DNA from: Octopus sinensis
Taxonomy: Eukaryota
Direction: 5' to 3'
Assembly (NCBI RefSeq): GCF_006345805.1
Contig: NW_021832870.1
Span: forward strand, 1 to 64,000
Length of the DNA: 64,000 nt
Of the stretch, positions 1 to 13,700 are shown in pieces. Position 1 is the first letter of the stretch. The number at the start of each line of letters is the position of its first letter. A model generated the notes under the pieces. That model saw only the letters and a program-made list of their open reading frames with translations, made no database searches and was not told where the DNA came from. The position numbers and the translations under genes are program-made.

Positions 1-453
1 TCAACGTAAGCACAAAGCAAATAAGTTTTAAGGGAGAGGGGCAAGTCGATAATATCGATCCATTAGTTTAACTGGTACTCAATTCAGAAAAGAAGAACGG
101 GCAAATTTGACCTCGCAGGATTCAAACTCAGAGCTTGATATATCTATATATCTATATCTATATATATATATATATCTATATATATATATATAGGGACATA
201 TACACACTTACATACACATGCATATGTTTGAGTATGTCTGTGAATGTCGGTGGACCTACATCGTATATATATATATATATATATATACACACAGGGAGCA
301 CATAAGCGTAAAGCAAAAGTGCAAAGGTGGAAAAAATACCAAAAGTAGAGTAATATACGTTTTTATTAATGTTGCAAAATTATCACAGAACTCAGAGTTT
401 CATGCTCCCGTTTTTCGTGCAGTTGTGATAAATATTATATATATATATAATAT

Positions 454-500
<47 letters not shown>

Positions 501-1350
501 ATATATATCAATATATATATTGTTATATATTGTACATATCACCCAAAGTAAGTAACTGAATATCTGATAGTTTACGATAAAGGATGCTAAGCAGTGCGGT
601 TTGCATCCAGAGCCTAAAGGGGCATAACTAACCCCGAAAATAAATTTATTTGTCGCTCTACTGATTCTATATAGCTCTAGCGCCCTCTATGCACAACGTT
701 TGTACTTTTGATAATACATAGACAAATAACGCATACCAACACACCATACATAGACGTGGGGTGGTTTGGCTGGGGGTGAACATCTATATTGGTTGATGTG
801 TGGCAATGCACGATATGTTATCGTCAGTGAAATGTTATACATGGGTATTATACATTTACACAAATATAGCCATAGATATGCATGTGTATTCGTGCGTGTA
901 GGGGGTTCGTGTGTTGGGGCTAGAGTATTCTTCTACAATAGAGGGGGTGAGGGAAAGACAGACTATACACCTGTGCATTTGTGTGTGTATGTGTATCGTA
1001 TTGATCAGTAATGTGTATGTGTAGGTGTGTATGTATGCATTAATATATATATGTATAATTATGTATATGATTGTTAAAATATTTGTAAAATTTACCTATA
1101 AATTTTTTATTTCTGCGCTGACCCCGTGGTTAATCATTAATTTTAACCCTTTATTATAATTAGTATGTATGTATATATAAACCTGTATGTGTGGTGTATT
1201 ATATATATGCTTGTTAATATAATATTATATATATATATTATATAATATAATAATATACATATGTATGTATACGCATATATACGCAACTATCTCTATTATC
1301 TATCTATCTATCTATCCTATCTATCATCTATCTATCTATCTATCTGTCTG

Positions 1351-1385
<35 letters not shown>

Positions 1386-1400
1386 CTATATATCTATCTA

Positions 1401-1474
<74 letters not shown>

Positions 1475-2200
1475 GTATATAATATATATATGTAATATAT
1501 ACTATGTATATATGTGTATATATATATACACTGTCGGTGCGATACGTATATATGCATATATAAATATATGTATACACACACACACACACACACATGTACA
1601 ATAAAAGTAGCTTATGGCTCCACCTATACACACGTGCATATACAGGCATGTAGAAAGTATTGCATGTACATAGCGTATTACATGGCAACATATGACGATG
1701 AAATAGGAAAATTGGTAGAGCAACTGTTTAAATGCCTTGTGTCGCTAATGTCTCCCCCATTTTCATCGCTATTAACTTGGCCCTTCATTCCCTCCCGGTG
1801 CGACAATACAAACCAAGCGCCATTTAAGTTCTTTCATCGATAATTGCAATTATCTCCAGATTTGGAAGTAAAGTGTCTCTGTGAGGAATGGTATTAGCTC
1901 GGATTATGTAGCTGCTTGTTAGTAGAGTGCATGTGTGTGTATGTCTGTTTTTCTTTGTGTGTGTGTCTGTGTTTCTGTGTGTGTTTGTGTGAGCCTGTAT
2001 CTATGTGTGTGTCTGTGTCTCTGTGAGTATGTTTATATGTATAAACAGTGTGGATATAAATTTAACCATTGCAACCACTCATGCAACCACGGATCTAGAT
2101 TGCATGTAATAAAAGAACACGAAAATATAAAAAAGCAATGTTGTATTACAAGAAAACACATATAAAAAAATACGAAAATGTAGGAAAAAAATGCACTTAC

Positions 2201-3260
2201 TTTGTCACGAAGTTTATCGATTTCCATTTCCATCCGGAAGTTCTTTTTATCGGATAGCTCCAGCATGTCTTGCAGCTTCCGGTTATCATCTTCAACACGA
2301 GATCTTTTCTCTTCCACAATATCCAACTCATCGTGCAAGCGGACAGACACCTCTTTGGCCATCTTCAGTTCCTCTTCTAGCGCCTGGATGTGTCGCCGGG
2401 CGTCCTGGCTCTCGAAAGCATCCTGGAGGTTTCTTAACTTATCTTCGTAATGTTCACGTTCCGTTTCGATCTGATCGTTCCGTCTTTCAGCCTTGCGAAG
2501 TTTGAATTGCAAAATGCGACAGTTCTTAGCGGTGATTTCAAGTTCTTTTTGAAGTTCGCGGAAATCTTCTGCATCGGATTCTCTGAATTGATCATACATT
2601 TCATCGACTTCTAACTTCATTTCATTGACCTCTTCACGGAGGCTGTTATTTTCTTCGTTTAGCCTCATGCGGGTCTCATCACTCTCTTCTAATAACTTAC
2701 GCAGTTCTGCAAGGCTTCTACTTTCTAGCTGACCTTTGGCCACCTTCATTTTCTCAATCTGAACTTGATCTTCTAATTCTTTTTTATCCTCCTCTAAGTC
2801 AGTGCATTTCTTCTCCATGGTTTCTAGCTTTTCCGTATACTCAGCAACTTGTTTCTCAATTATGGATTTTTCATTTAGATCATTCTGTAACTTTGAGTTA
2901 TCGTCTTTTAGTTTCTGAATACATTCTTCAAGTTCAGCAACTTTGGATTTAATTTTCTCTACTTCCTCGAAGGAAAGGCCCCTATTCGTCTCAGAAGGTG
3001 AAATTTCGGCTGGTGAGCGAATTTGTCCACCCTTGCTTTTACTCTGGTCATCTGGCGTTTCATGGTATGACTTCCTCGGCTCTTGGTCCCTATTTTCACA
3101 GGGGACAGCTTTTAGTGAATGAGCTTCTTGCCGACCTTCATTCGAAATGGACGCCGGAGGCGCTGCGACGGCTGTTGATGCCGCTGGGGAACTTGGAGAA
3201 ACTACAGCATCAGTAGATGATGCTTGAGTAATATTATCCTTCCCGGGGTACCTTGAAACA

Positions 3261-3294
<34 letters not shown>

Positions 3295-6200
3295 CCGCTG
3301 CTGCTGCTTGTTGTGATGCATCTATATTCGTTTCTCTGTGATGACATATTACGCTCGCGTTTTCGGCCTGCTGTTGGCTGACGCTAGGGCTGTAACCCGA
3401 TACTTGTTGTACGTAGGTATTAGGCTGCGCTTGCTGATTATCTTTATCACGAGTAATTCTGTTGTCAATGACTAAAACATCCCTACTCTTACCTCCCTCA
3501 TATCTCGGTTTATTTTCGAAACTATTCGGATCGAATCTAGTATCCAGATCATAATCTGCATCTTTTAGATAATGGGAACCTGGAGCCTTACCATCTTGGA
3601 TATTGCTAGGGCCAGGGCTGTAGGACTGCTGGCTAGGGGAAGTGGAAGAAGTTCTACTCGGTGTAGACGGTGTATCTAAAGGCGGGGTGTAGGGTGGGGG
3701 AGGGGGAGTGTGGTAGCCAGCAATGTGAGGGGAAGTAGCACGAGCTACATTGAATTCGTAGCTGTCTGGAGATACTCCAGTTGATGTGGTATGTAGAACA
3801 GGCAGCGGTATGACACGTGCCGGCGTGCTGGGGCTCGGGGAAGGGGACGGCGACTGGAAGGGTCGGTAACCGCTTCGCATAGACGAAGGAACGGGAGAGG
3901 AACATGAAGAAGCAGAAGGACTACTAACAAAACTCCCTCCCCCGCTATCCCAACTACGATCCACACCCCCGCCATCGATAAAACCCCCTAATCCACCAAA
4001 ACCGCTGTGAAGTACAGAGGGACTCATCCTACCTGAAGGGAAACCAAATCCTGTCCTTATGGTGGTGGTAATAGGCGTCCTTCCGACCCTGGTTGCTCCA
4101 CCCGGGGATATCACAACAAAGGGTGCAGGCGATGGAGATCTTCCAGTCGGCTGTGATGCTTGTTGGGACGATCGATGACCTTTCCGGACCTGTACTTCCA
4201 CAACGATCGGCTGCCGTGACCTTCCACTTTCTGAAGACGATGAAGTAGACGAGGTCGAATCCTGTCGAGACAACCTTCCAGGGCTGTCTCTCATTCCCTC
4301 GTTGTCTTGACCACTGGTGATGATTATATTTGAACCTTCAAAGGAATGTGATCTAACACAGCGTTGACCGTCGTTTTTGGCCTCTTCCGATGCCGCAGAG
4401 GTAAAAGCTCTCGTCGAACCTACGTGAGGGTCGTCAGTATACCGACCCGCTCGTCTGATAGAAGCCATATTATCTCCGTAATCACTGTAGTCTTCTTTAG
4501 TTGATGGCGTTGTTGTTGTCGATGTTGATGTTGCTGGCGTTGGTGTTGATGTTGGTGTTGATGTCGGTATTGTTGTTGTCGCTGCTACTGCTAATGCGGC
4601 GGCGGTGGCGGCTGCTTCCGCTGCCGCCGCCGCGGCCGCCGCCTCGGCTTGTGATTTCGCGTACTTAGAAGATTCAACAACCATTGTTTTTACTTTCGGA
4701 ATCGGTGAGGTAGGTGCCGCAGTATCGGTCAGCTGTCCAGTAAATTTCGGCCCCAAAGAAGTAGGGGCGGTAGCTGCCGTTTTCGTAGTTTGGTTCGAAT
4801 CTGTTGTTTTTGTCGCTGTTGTTGTTGTTGCTGTAGTTGTAGTTGTTGTTGTCCCACCCGCATGTGTTGTTGGTTTTGTTGATACTGCAGGGGTCGTTGA
4901 CGGCACGGACGATGTTGTTGTTTTTGCTGTTGGTGTTGTTTTGGTAGTAGTAGTAACAGCTGTTGTAGTAGTTTTATCCGATACTGTTGCCGAAGTAGTA
5001 GCCGTGGTAGGGGTAGATTTCGACGCTGTAGGGCTTACCCCCTTTTGTGCGGTGGTGGTGGTGGTTGGCGCCGTTGTGCTTTTCGCTTGTTGGACACTTG
5101 TTGCCGGCGTAGCACTTGTTGCAGGAGGGGTGCTCGTTGGTTTTGCAGATGCTGCTGTGGTGGTTTTCGGTGATGGCGACACCGGTGATGATGGTGATAA
5201 TGGTGCTGATGGGGATGAAGGTGATGGCGGTATGGATAACGAAGGTTTTGTTGTTGTGGACGGTGTGGTGGTGGTAGTGGCTGCGGTGGTTGTTTTCGTT
5301 GTGGATTTTGTTGATGAACTTAATGAAGGTGCTGCTAATGATGTCGATGCGGTGGGTGACGGTGGGGTCGGTGACGCTGGTGATGCTGGTGATGATAGAA
5401 GTGATGGGGACGGCGATCTTGTTTTCGCTTTGCTCGGCGTTTTCTCGGACGCGGCATTTTTATCATCAGAAGCGGCTACGGTGACAACAGGTGTCTTAAT
5501 GGCCGGAGTAGGGGTGGTGGAAGTGGAAGTACTGCTACCTACCTGCCCCTTGCTGGCCACTGTGGAGGAAGGAGGCACCGTGCTTGCTGTGGCTGTGTCA
5601 ACCTTTGCTGAAGACGTTGTCTTTGGTGTGTCACCCGTTGAGGATTTGGTAGAAGTTGGCGTCGTTGACGCGCTGGATATTTTAGATTTATCATTTGCAG
5701 AGTCGGATGTTGTTGTTGATGGTTTTGTTGTTGCTGCTGTTGTTTTTGTTGTTGTTGTTGTTGCTGTTGTTGTTGGTTTGGCTGTTGTTGTTGTTGATGA
5801 TGATGTTGATGGAGCTGTGGCTGTTTTAGTTGTACTCGTCGCAGTACTGCTGCTGCTACTGGAACTTTTCTTGGTATCGATAGTAGAATCCTTGGTCGTA
5901 GTGGTGGTGTCCTTGCTTGGAGCGGCACTGGTTGCTTTTGATGCAGATTGTGAAGATGATGTGGACGATAATGATGACGATGGCGTCGATGTAGTTCCGG
6001 CACTTGTTGAGACCACGTCGGACCCCTTCGATGATTTCGCCGATGCTTCAGCCGAACTCACCTGTTTTGTGCCCGGGCTCGGAGCATCGGTCTTTGACGT
6101 CTCTTTAAGAAAAGAATTAGTTTTCTTTCCAAAGCCTGGTAGTTTGTTAGGTCCGGGTCCACTTGGACTAGGAGGGGCAGTTTTACTTCCTCCAAATTTC

Positions 6201-6772
6201 TCGACTAATTTTTTCGCACTGGCAGTCGACAGCAAAGTATTTCCTGGAGGACCACATTTTTTCACATCTACAGGGGATGGTTTTTTGGAATTTGCTAGGT
6301 TTGACATAATAAGCGAAACAGGGGTTGCATTTGGAATTACATGCGGCGATTTTTTGGGTTTGTTTGATTCTAAAAGTGCTGCTAATGGTTTTGTGTTTTT
6401 GGTTTCGTCATCTTTTACTGTCGCTTCTGGGGCTGTCTGTGCTGTAGACTTGCTTTTATCTGTTGTGGACGACACATTTTTGTCACTAGATTTTTCTTTC
6501 TCTTCTTCCTTTTTCGATGTGGTTTTCCGGGCGTCGGCACTATTTGCGAGGGTCTCTGTTCCGTTTGTGCGTGTGTCCGAACCGTGTTCGCTTTTAGCGT
6601 GGAAACAATTACGGCATATGGTTTTCCGCCAAGTCTGCGGTGCGAAGTTCTCACAGATTGGGCCAACTGTAGATTCATCATCTGTGCCTGGTGTCGTTGC
6701 TCTATCATCGCGATGACCGGCACCGGGAGTCAGTTTATTCTTAGTGACACTACTACTGTCTGTTTTACTCAT
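2201..6772 (-). CDS. SOGA: First coding exon (1524 codons) of a SOGA/MTCL1-family coiled-coil protein; gene continues downstream (leftward)
   Basis: ATG at 6772 with an in-frame TAG 5 codons upstream (6785-6787). The uninterrupted frame ends at a phase-0 donor GAC AAA|GTAAGT (GT at 2200-2199), after which the translation becomes intron-like. The C-terminal coiled coil contains ELQKELEITAKNCRILQFKLRKAERR and LEEELKMAKEVSVRLHDEL, recognisable SOGA1/MTCL1 signatures. Confidence 0.88.
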
Positions 6773-7559
6773 AATGTAGAAATTCTAGGTGGACGTCCTT
6801 GGAGGGGTAGTGAATAAGAGACATACATATAAACGCGATATAAGCGAATCCAACGACAAATATACAAAATTTCAAAACAATTTTTTTTTAAAAAGCAACA
6901 AAAGCTATTTTCAACTCAAAAGTGTAGTTGAGAAAGAAAAAATATCAAGTAAAAAAATAAAGTAGTTTTTTTTTTGTTTTTTTTTTTTTTTTTTTTCAAT
7001 TTAACAATATACAAACTGTGCGTGTGTGTATGTGTTTGTATGCGTGTGTATAACTTTTTTTTTTCTGAATAAATTTTTTTCAGTTTTTCGTTTTTCTTTA
7101 ACTTTTTTTAAAGGAAAATTTCAATAATCCAACGAAAATATAAATTCTTTCTTTCTTTTTCTTTCTGAAATTCAAATATTTTGTCTCCCTTACTCTCTGG
7201 TACATACACTGGGCGAAAGTTTCCTCGCCTGCCGACACAAGTTCCTCTTTAGTGAAGTTTAGGGCTTTTGTGCACTACGTCATCAGTTGATGTGTTGACG
7301 ATGCACCTTATACGGTTGCGCTACCATCACCGTGTTTGTTAGTAGAAGATAACGAAAAGTTTTCGTCTCATAAAATAAAAAGAAAATGTAAAGAAAGAAA
7401 AGGAGTGGGTTAAAGAGGGAGGGGAAAAGAAAGAAGCAAAATAGTGAGGCAAGAGCAGACTGGTAGACTGTGTGAAATTAGGTGGGTGTGGAACCATTTG
7501 AGGTGAGGTAGTGAGTTTACAGTGAGGGGCAAAAAGCGAAAGGTTTGAAAGGAAGGTGG

Positions 7560-8100
7560 ATGTGAGTGAGAGATGAGAGAAAAGAGAAGAAAAGGAGATG
7601 CAAAAGAGGAAACATATTGAGAGATAGATAGACAGATAGATAGGTAGGTAGGTAAGTAGAGAGAGAAAGAGAGAGAGAGAGAGAATGACAGACGGTGCCT
7701 GAGAAAAAAGAGGCAAAGATTTTGAAAGAGGGAACAGAGAGAGACAGAGACAGAGAGAGAGAGAGACAGAAAGAGAGACAGAGAGAGAGAGAAAGAGAGA
7801 GAAAGAGAAAGAAAAAGAGAGAGAGAAAAAGAAAGAAAAAGAGAGAGAGAGAAAGAAGGAAAAAGAGAGATAGAGAAAGAGAAAGAGAAAGAGAGAGAGA
7901 AAAAGAAAAAGAGAGAGAGAGAAAAAGAAAGAAAAAGAGAGAGCGAGAAAGAGAAAGAAAGAGAAAGAGAGAGAGAGAAAGAGAGAAGAGAGAGAGAGGG
8001 AGAATGATCGAAAAAGATATTATAAAAGAAAGAAAGAGGGGAAGATGAACAAAGATGGATACTACGGGGAGAGAGAGAGAATTTTAAAAATATAAAAAGA
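7560..8100. repeat. Polypurine/polypyrimidine (GA/GAAA)n tract upstream of the SOGA exon
   Basis: Plus strand is almost entirely purine over about 500 bp. Confidence 0.95.
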
Positions 8101-8412
8101 TAAAACCCGTAGCAGTAAGTAAGCTGATCCAAACAACCCTAAACAGACACGTTAGTGTTGTTCACTGTTTATTCTGATGAATCTGGTTACCATTCCCACC
8201 TTTTACATCTATCTTGTCACTCTTTATGAAGAAATTTACAGACACTGACTTACATACGTACATACATACATACATACATACATACATACATACATACATA
8301 CATACATACATACATACATACATACAAGCACAAAGATACACAAATACATACACGTGCTTACATACATGACCCCGACTCACACACAAGCCTATAGAGTCAT
8401 ACAAACAGAGTC

Positions 8413-8488
<76 letters not shown>

Positions 8489-8771
8489 CGCAGCGAGAAA
8501 GAGAGCGAGAGTGAGAGACAGACAGTAAGAGTTAGAGAGAGAAAAGAAAGAGACGCTCTATGCACGTACTTACATAACCCACAAACATGCAGACCGAACA
8601 CACAATATATCTATATATATATATATATATATATATGATATAGATATTATGTGATATATATATATATATATACAGAGATGTGTAAATAGATATAATAAAT
8701 GTGTGTTGTGCAATATTCTTTATTCTCTTATACGTTTCGGCCCTAAGGCTGTGGCCATGCCGGGGCACTAA

Positions 8772-8816
<45 letters not shown>

Positions 8817-9249
8817 CACACACACACATATATATGTATATATACACACACATATATATATACTCACATGCACACACCCTACATGTCGATGAGCCTACGC
8901 GAGTTCACATACACACACACTTATAGACGTGCCAACACACCTCCCACAAAAGTTCACACACACACACACACTCTCTCACCGTTATAGAGATATTCTCCCA
9001 CGTACATACGTCCATACACACACACACATACACACACACAGACGCAAACAAGTGTAACAAATTCTGTCTAAACTATCACTCCTTACAAATACAAGCACAC
9101 ACACACTAATACACATACACACACACTCACACACATTCAGAACACCAAATACTTTCAAAATTGCACGCACAGACATATGCAAGTAACTGCAGACTGATAT
9201 GTTATCTTGCTCATTCACACAAACACACTAACCAATATATATACATACA

Positions 9250-9309
<60 letters not shown>

Positions 9310-9666
9310 TTGCATAACACAAACATATAATAGTCTGCCCATGAATATAGTATAATTATAGACACCGACATACGACCGTAGACATGTGTTAATTTAGATT
9401 TATTTAATACAGGAGACAAAAGAAATTATAACATCGCCTGCAGGATTCGAGCTCAGCATACGCAGGAGAAACGTAGAGCTGTACTAGCTATGGCACCAAA
9501 GCGACAGCATTACCACTGACAGCCTTAAATAAATAAGTAGCTATAAAGATATACAATTGGCCTAGTAACCTGTTAATGGATATATAAAGGTCATACTGCA
9601 TTCAAGCTGTGGTAATTATATATGTACATCTTTCTGTATGTGTGTATGTCGGTATATATATATATA

Positions 9667-9856
9667 TATCGTTAGCCACTACACACATTTTTTTCTCTCA
9701 TTGTTTCTCTTCTTGTTTTCTCTGTGTCCCTTTCTGTAGAAGAGCGTAGGCTCGAAACGTAAAAGACTTTTTCTATTCCTGAGCGTTATACTAATAGACA
9801 TCTGTTTGTTTTGTACACCACCTGTCTTCGTTTTTTGTTTTTTTCGTAAACTCTCC
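9667..9856 (+). mobile_element. Dispersed repeat, probable Penelope-type terminal repeat (second copy at 61005-61200)
   Basis: Both copies share ATCGTTAGC..CTACAC.CATTTTTT...GAAGA.CGTAGGCTCGAAACGT...CTGAGCG...CTTCGT.TTTTGTTT.TTTTCGTAAAC; the hammerhead-like core is degenerate. Confidence 0.6.
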
Positions 9857-10892
9857 ACATATATATATATATAATATAATATTATATATATATATATATA
9901 TATACACACAGTATCGGATACAAGGTATGTGCTTCTCGGGGGCAGGCTGCAATTGTAGGTGTAAGAGAATTTATTCTCTTACGCCTATGATCGCAGCCTG
10001 CCCACGAACTGACAAAACACATACTTTGTGTATATATCCGACATTTTCTTTTCTTTAGGCTGCTTCTCATTCATATTTGTACATACATACATGCATACAC
10101 ACACACATATACATATATCTATATATGTATGTATCGGTGTATATGTGTGTATGTACGCATGTATGTACTTACGTACGTACTTACATATATATACATGTAT
10201 ACATACATATATACATGCATACATACAGGTAAATTGAGTTTTGTGTCTATAATATAACCTTCATACTGTGTGGACTGCGTAGCCGTTGAGAGGCCCCTGA
10301 TATCAAATAAAGCGCTAAACACTAATGGTACATAAATGAATAGATCCACTTCTCTGAAGCTTCTGAAATTGACGTATATTTGAACAGAATGGAACTTGGC
10401 CTCTGGGATTCGTCGAATGATATAGTCAACTCTGACGAGACCCCAACCACGCCCGAAAATCGATTACATCTGATTGTCATTGTTTTCCAATCTACAGGTA
10501 AATTTGACAGGTTGATGTACTAATTAATACGCTGTGACTTTATGGTAGGAAGTTTGCATCCCAGCAACAACATGGTTCCGGGTTCAGTTCTATGCATGGC
10601 AGCGTAAGCGAGTATCTTCTACTAAAGCCTTGAATCTGCCAAAGCCTTGTGAGCGGATTTGGTAGACGGAAACCGAAGGAAGCCCCTGTCTCTGTGTGTG
10701 CATGTTTGTTTATGTCTTGTGTCTGTGTTTGTCCTCCACTACCACTTGACAACCGGTGTCGGTATGTTTGAGTCCGTAACATAGCGGTTCGGCCAAAGAA
10801 ACCCATAGAATAAGAACAAGGTTTTGTTCTAGTAAAATTCTTGAACGTGATGATTCGGCATGGCTGTAGTGTAATGACTAAAACATGTAATC

Positions 10893-10925
<33 letters not shown>

Positions 10926-11018
10926 TAGTACTAAGCAATAAAGGGTTTAGCAACGAATTGCCTTACCACATACCGAATTTAGAAATAGCAGTAAAGAGTT
11001 ATAGCTATTCTTCTAATA

Positions 11019-11058
<40 letters not shown>

Positions 11059-11298
11059 TATATATGCATACATACATACATACATATATATATATGTATG
11101 TATGTATCTATGTGTCTATCTATCTATAAATATATATATGTGTGTATGTATGTATATATATATACATACATATGTGTCATATATATATACATGTATGTAT
11201 GTATGTATATATGTTATATATATATATATATGTGGCTGGGAATGCGTAAATATATAAATGTGTATATATATATTATTATGTATATATATATATATATA

Positions 11299-11332
<34 letters not shown>

Positions 11333-11709
11333 TGCATGCACGCTTTTAAGTACACACGCATACATCCGCACTCACACATCAGGCTCACACAATTAGTATA
11401 TAAACACTTCGCCACATTACCACACTAATACAAACACACACACATGCATGTCCACACCCCATGTTTCCTCTCTTCATCCATTATCTCTTGCTCTCCTCTT
11501 CTGTTCGTCGTTTCCTTCTTTCCTCGTCCATGTTATCACCATATCTCCCCTCTCCCCCGCTACTCCATTCGTACGCATTAATATACTTCCAACAACTCCA
11601 CACAGTGTTAGATTGGTATCTCGCTTTCACTTAATGGCATCATTATTATCTCTTAGTCAGCTAGAAATAGTAGCAGACTCCCTCAAATATGCCCCACCTT
11701 CTTAAGAGC

Positions 11710-11826
11710 AATAATGATGATGATGATAATAATAATAATAATAATAATAATATTAAGAATAATAATAATAATAATAATAATATAATAATAATATAACATA
11801 ATAATAATAATAATTATAATAATAAC

Positions 11827-11860
<34 letters not shown>

Positions 11861-11962
11861 TAATAATAATAATAACAATAATAATAATGATGATGATGAT
11901 GATGATGATGATGACGACGGTGTTGGTGGTGGTGGTGGTGGTGATGGTTTTTGGTGTTGTTC

Positions 11963-11993
<31 letters not shown>

Positions 11994-11998
11994 CATTT

Positions 11999-12030
<32 letters not shown>
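11710..12030. repeat. (AAT)n-(GAT)n-(GGT)n-(ATT)n compound microsatellite
   Basis: Directly visible; the (AAT)n and (ATT)n arms are mutually complementary. Confidence 0.95.
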
Positions 12031-12032
<2 letters not shown>

Positions 12033-12033
<1 letters not shown>

Positions 12034-12358
12034 GGCTCAGTGGTTAGAGCATCGAGCTTACGATCGTGAGGTTGTGAGCTCGAATCCCGGACCGGGCTGC
12101 GTGTTGTGTTCTTGAGCAAAACACTTTATTTCACGTTGCTCCAGTTCACTCAGCTGTAGAAATGAGTTGCGACGTCACTGGTGCCAAGCTGTATCGACCT
12201 TTGTCTTACCCTTGGATAACTCGTGGCGTGGAGAGGGGAGGCGGTATGCATGGGCGACTGCTGGTCTTCCATAACAACCTTGCCCCGACTTGTGTCTAGG
12301 AGAGTAACTTTCTTGGTGCAATCCCATGGTCATGTTTATCATGACCGAAGGGGGTCTT
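12033..12358 (+). mobile_element. tRNA-derived SINE (family C) inside an (ATT)n tract
   Basis: A-box TGGCTCAGTGG, B-box GCTCGAATCC, body TTGTGTTCTTGAGCAAAACACTTTATTTCACGTTGCTCCAGTTCACTCAGCTG. Related heads near 26280, 30095, 45880 and 62200. Confidence 0.8.
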
Positions 12359-12448
12359 TTATTATATTATTATTATTATTATATTATATTATTATTATTA
12401 TTATTATTATTATTATCATTATTATTATCATTATTATTATTATTATTA

Positions 12449-12485
<37 letters not shown>

Positions 12486-12509
12486 GATTTCTTTTAATTG
12501 CCACCAGGG

Positions 12510-13700
12510 CGAAGGATGAAAGGAAAGACAAAAGCGGAGGAGAATGAGAGAAAGAAAAATCTTCAAGCGAGAATACCTCAGAAGAACCAAATTAATTATG
12601 GAAAGTCGACTCAATGGAAAGAACAATCGGGGCAAATGAATGCGTCGGTTGTTTTCTTTATTGCAGTGCGGCGCATGTGTTGTTAGGTGGACATAAAAAG
12701 AGCTGTAGGAAAGGAATAGAAAAAAAAACAAAAAAAAAACAGGGAAAGTGATGACAATGAATAAGGAAGTGCACCCTAAAGGCGACATCGATATGATATA
12801 TGTGTTCCAATAAAAAGGAGGAAGAGATCTCATAGGATCCATGATTTGTGTCGTCAATGGGGGAAAACAGACTGGAATGGTGCATGAAGCAACAGATTTA
12901 ACCTTTGTTCATCGCTGTTTGAAATCTTGTTAAAATGTAACACCCCAAAAAATATTTTAGAAACAAGATGAAGACCAAAGATCAAACAACTGGAAAATGA
13001 AGACAATGCATGGATAATACCTCTGAGGAATCGAAGGCAAAACCACGACCAACATCCAGAGGTGGAAAAAGTGATCTGAAAGGATGTTCTGAGATAGTTG
13101 CCCGCTGACACTCGTTGACGCTACATCGAAGAGGGCAGGGAACAGAAGAAAGAAGAAGACATGCACCCAACACCAGAGCTGAAGACACCTCCGAAAGGGG
13201 CGTGGGTGCCACGTCAAAACGGTAGAGGAGTAGGGGCCGAAACCGGAGTTGGTTCCTCCTGATGATGTCTTGAGCTAACTGGATCCTATAAAAGAGCTGT
13301 TGTGGTAGCAGACCACGAAACACGGTTGAAATTCATCAACGCCAAATTACAAACTCTGGAAACTAATTACAGCAACTTCCAAATCGGTAAGAACAGTGGA
13401 TCACCCCTTTTGTAGAATGTGTGGCAGCAAAAACGAAACAATCTCACATGGCCCAAAAGAAATACAAAAGGAGAGACGATAACGTGGCTAAGTTTGTTTA
13501 CAGAAGATCGTTTGAGAAGGACGGTCTTGAAATCGCACGGAAATAGTACGAACATTATCCAGAAGGTACCACCGAGAAAAATGGATATACGTTCTTATGG
13601 GAGTTTACAATCCAATATGACTCGGAGTTTGATGCTCGGAATGCAGACGTTGTTGTAGTTGGTAAAAAGAAGTAGGAAACCAAGATTACATTGACTTCAG
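12510..13700 (+). mobile_element. Decayed R4/Dong-like non-LTR retrotransposon fragments, interrupted by a Penelope-like piece
   Basis: Broken frames read EYLRRTKLIMESRLNGKN, VMTMNKEVHPKGDIDMIYV..KGGRDLI, and YKRRDDNVAK...YEHYPE...FLWEFTIQYD..ARNADVVVV (restriction-like endonuclease region). Confidence 0.7.
12940..13335 (+). mobile_element. Penelope-like element 3'/pLTR fragment
   Basis: Contains a CTGATGA...GAAAC hammerhead-like frame (about 13259-13321). A closely similar partial copy lies inverted at 25437-25635. Confidence 0.5.

Noticed and set aside
2033-2200. Hydrophobic C-terminal tail of the 1579-aa ORF (possible transmembrane anchor)
   Set aside because: It lies past a consensus GTAAGT donor and is intron read-through.
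4605-6716. 703-aa Val/Gly/Ala/Asp-rich ORF on the plus strand
   Set aside because: It is the in-register antisense shadow of Thr/Pro/Ser/Ala codons in the SOGA exon; it starts at GTG and has no domain-like content.
7410-8132. 240-aa Ser/Leu/Phe ORF and 117-aa Arg/Glu/Lys ORF
   Set aside because: Both are translations of a (GA)n polypurine tract.
10430-10470. CTGACGA...GAAAATCGATTA hammerhead-like string
   Set aside because: The stem II arms do not pair, so the motif is not supportable.
12033-12105. tRNA-like sequences with A and B boxes (also near 9425-9525 and 25760-25825)
   Set aside because: They lack a complete cloverleaf, and the 12033 and 25760 copies continue into repeat bodies, so they are SINE heads rather than tRNA genes.
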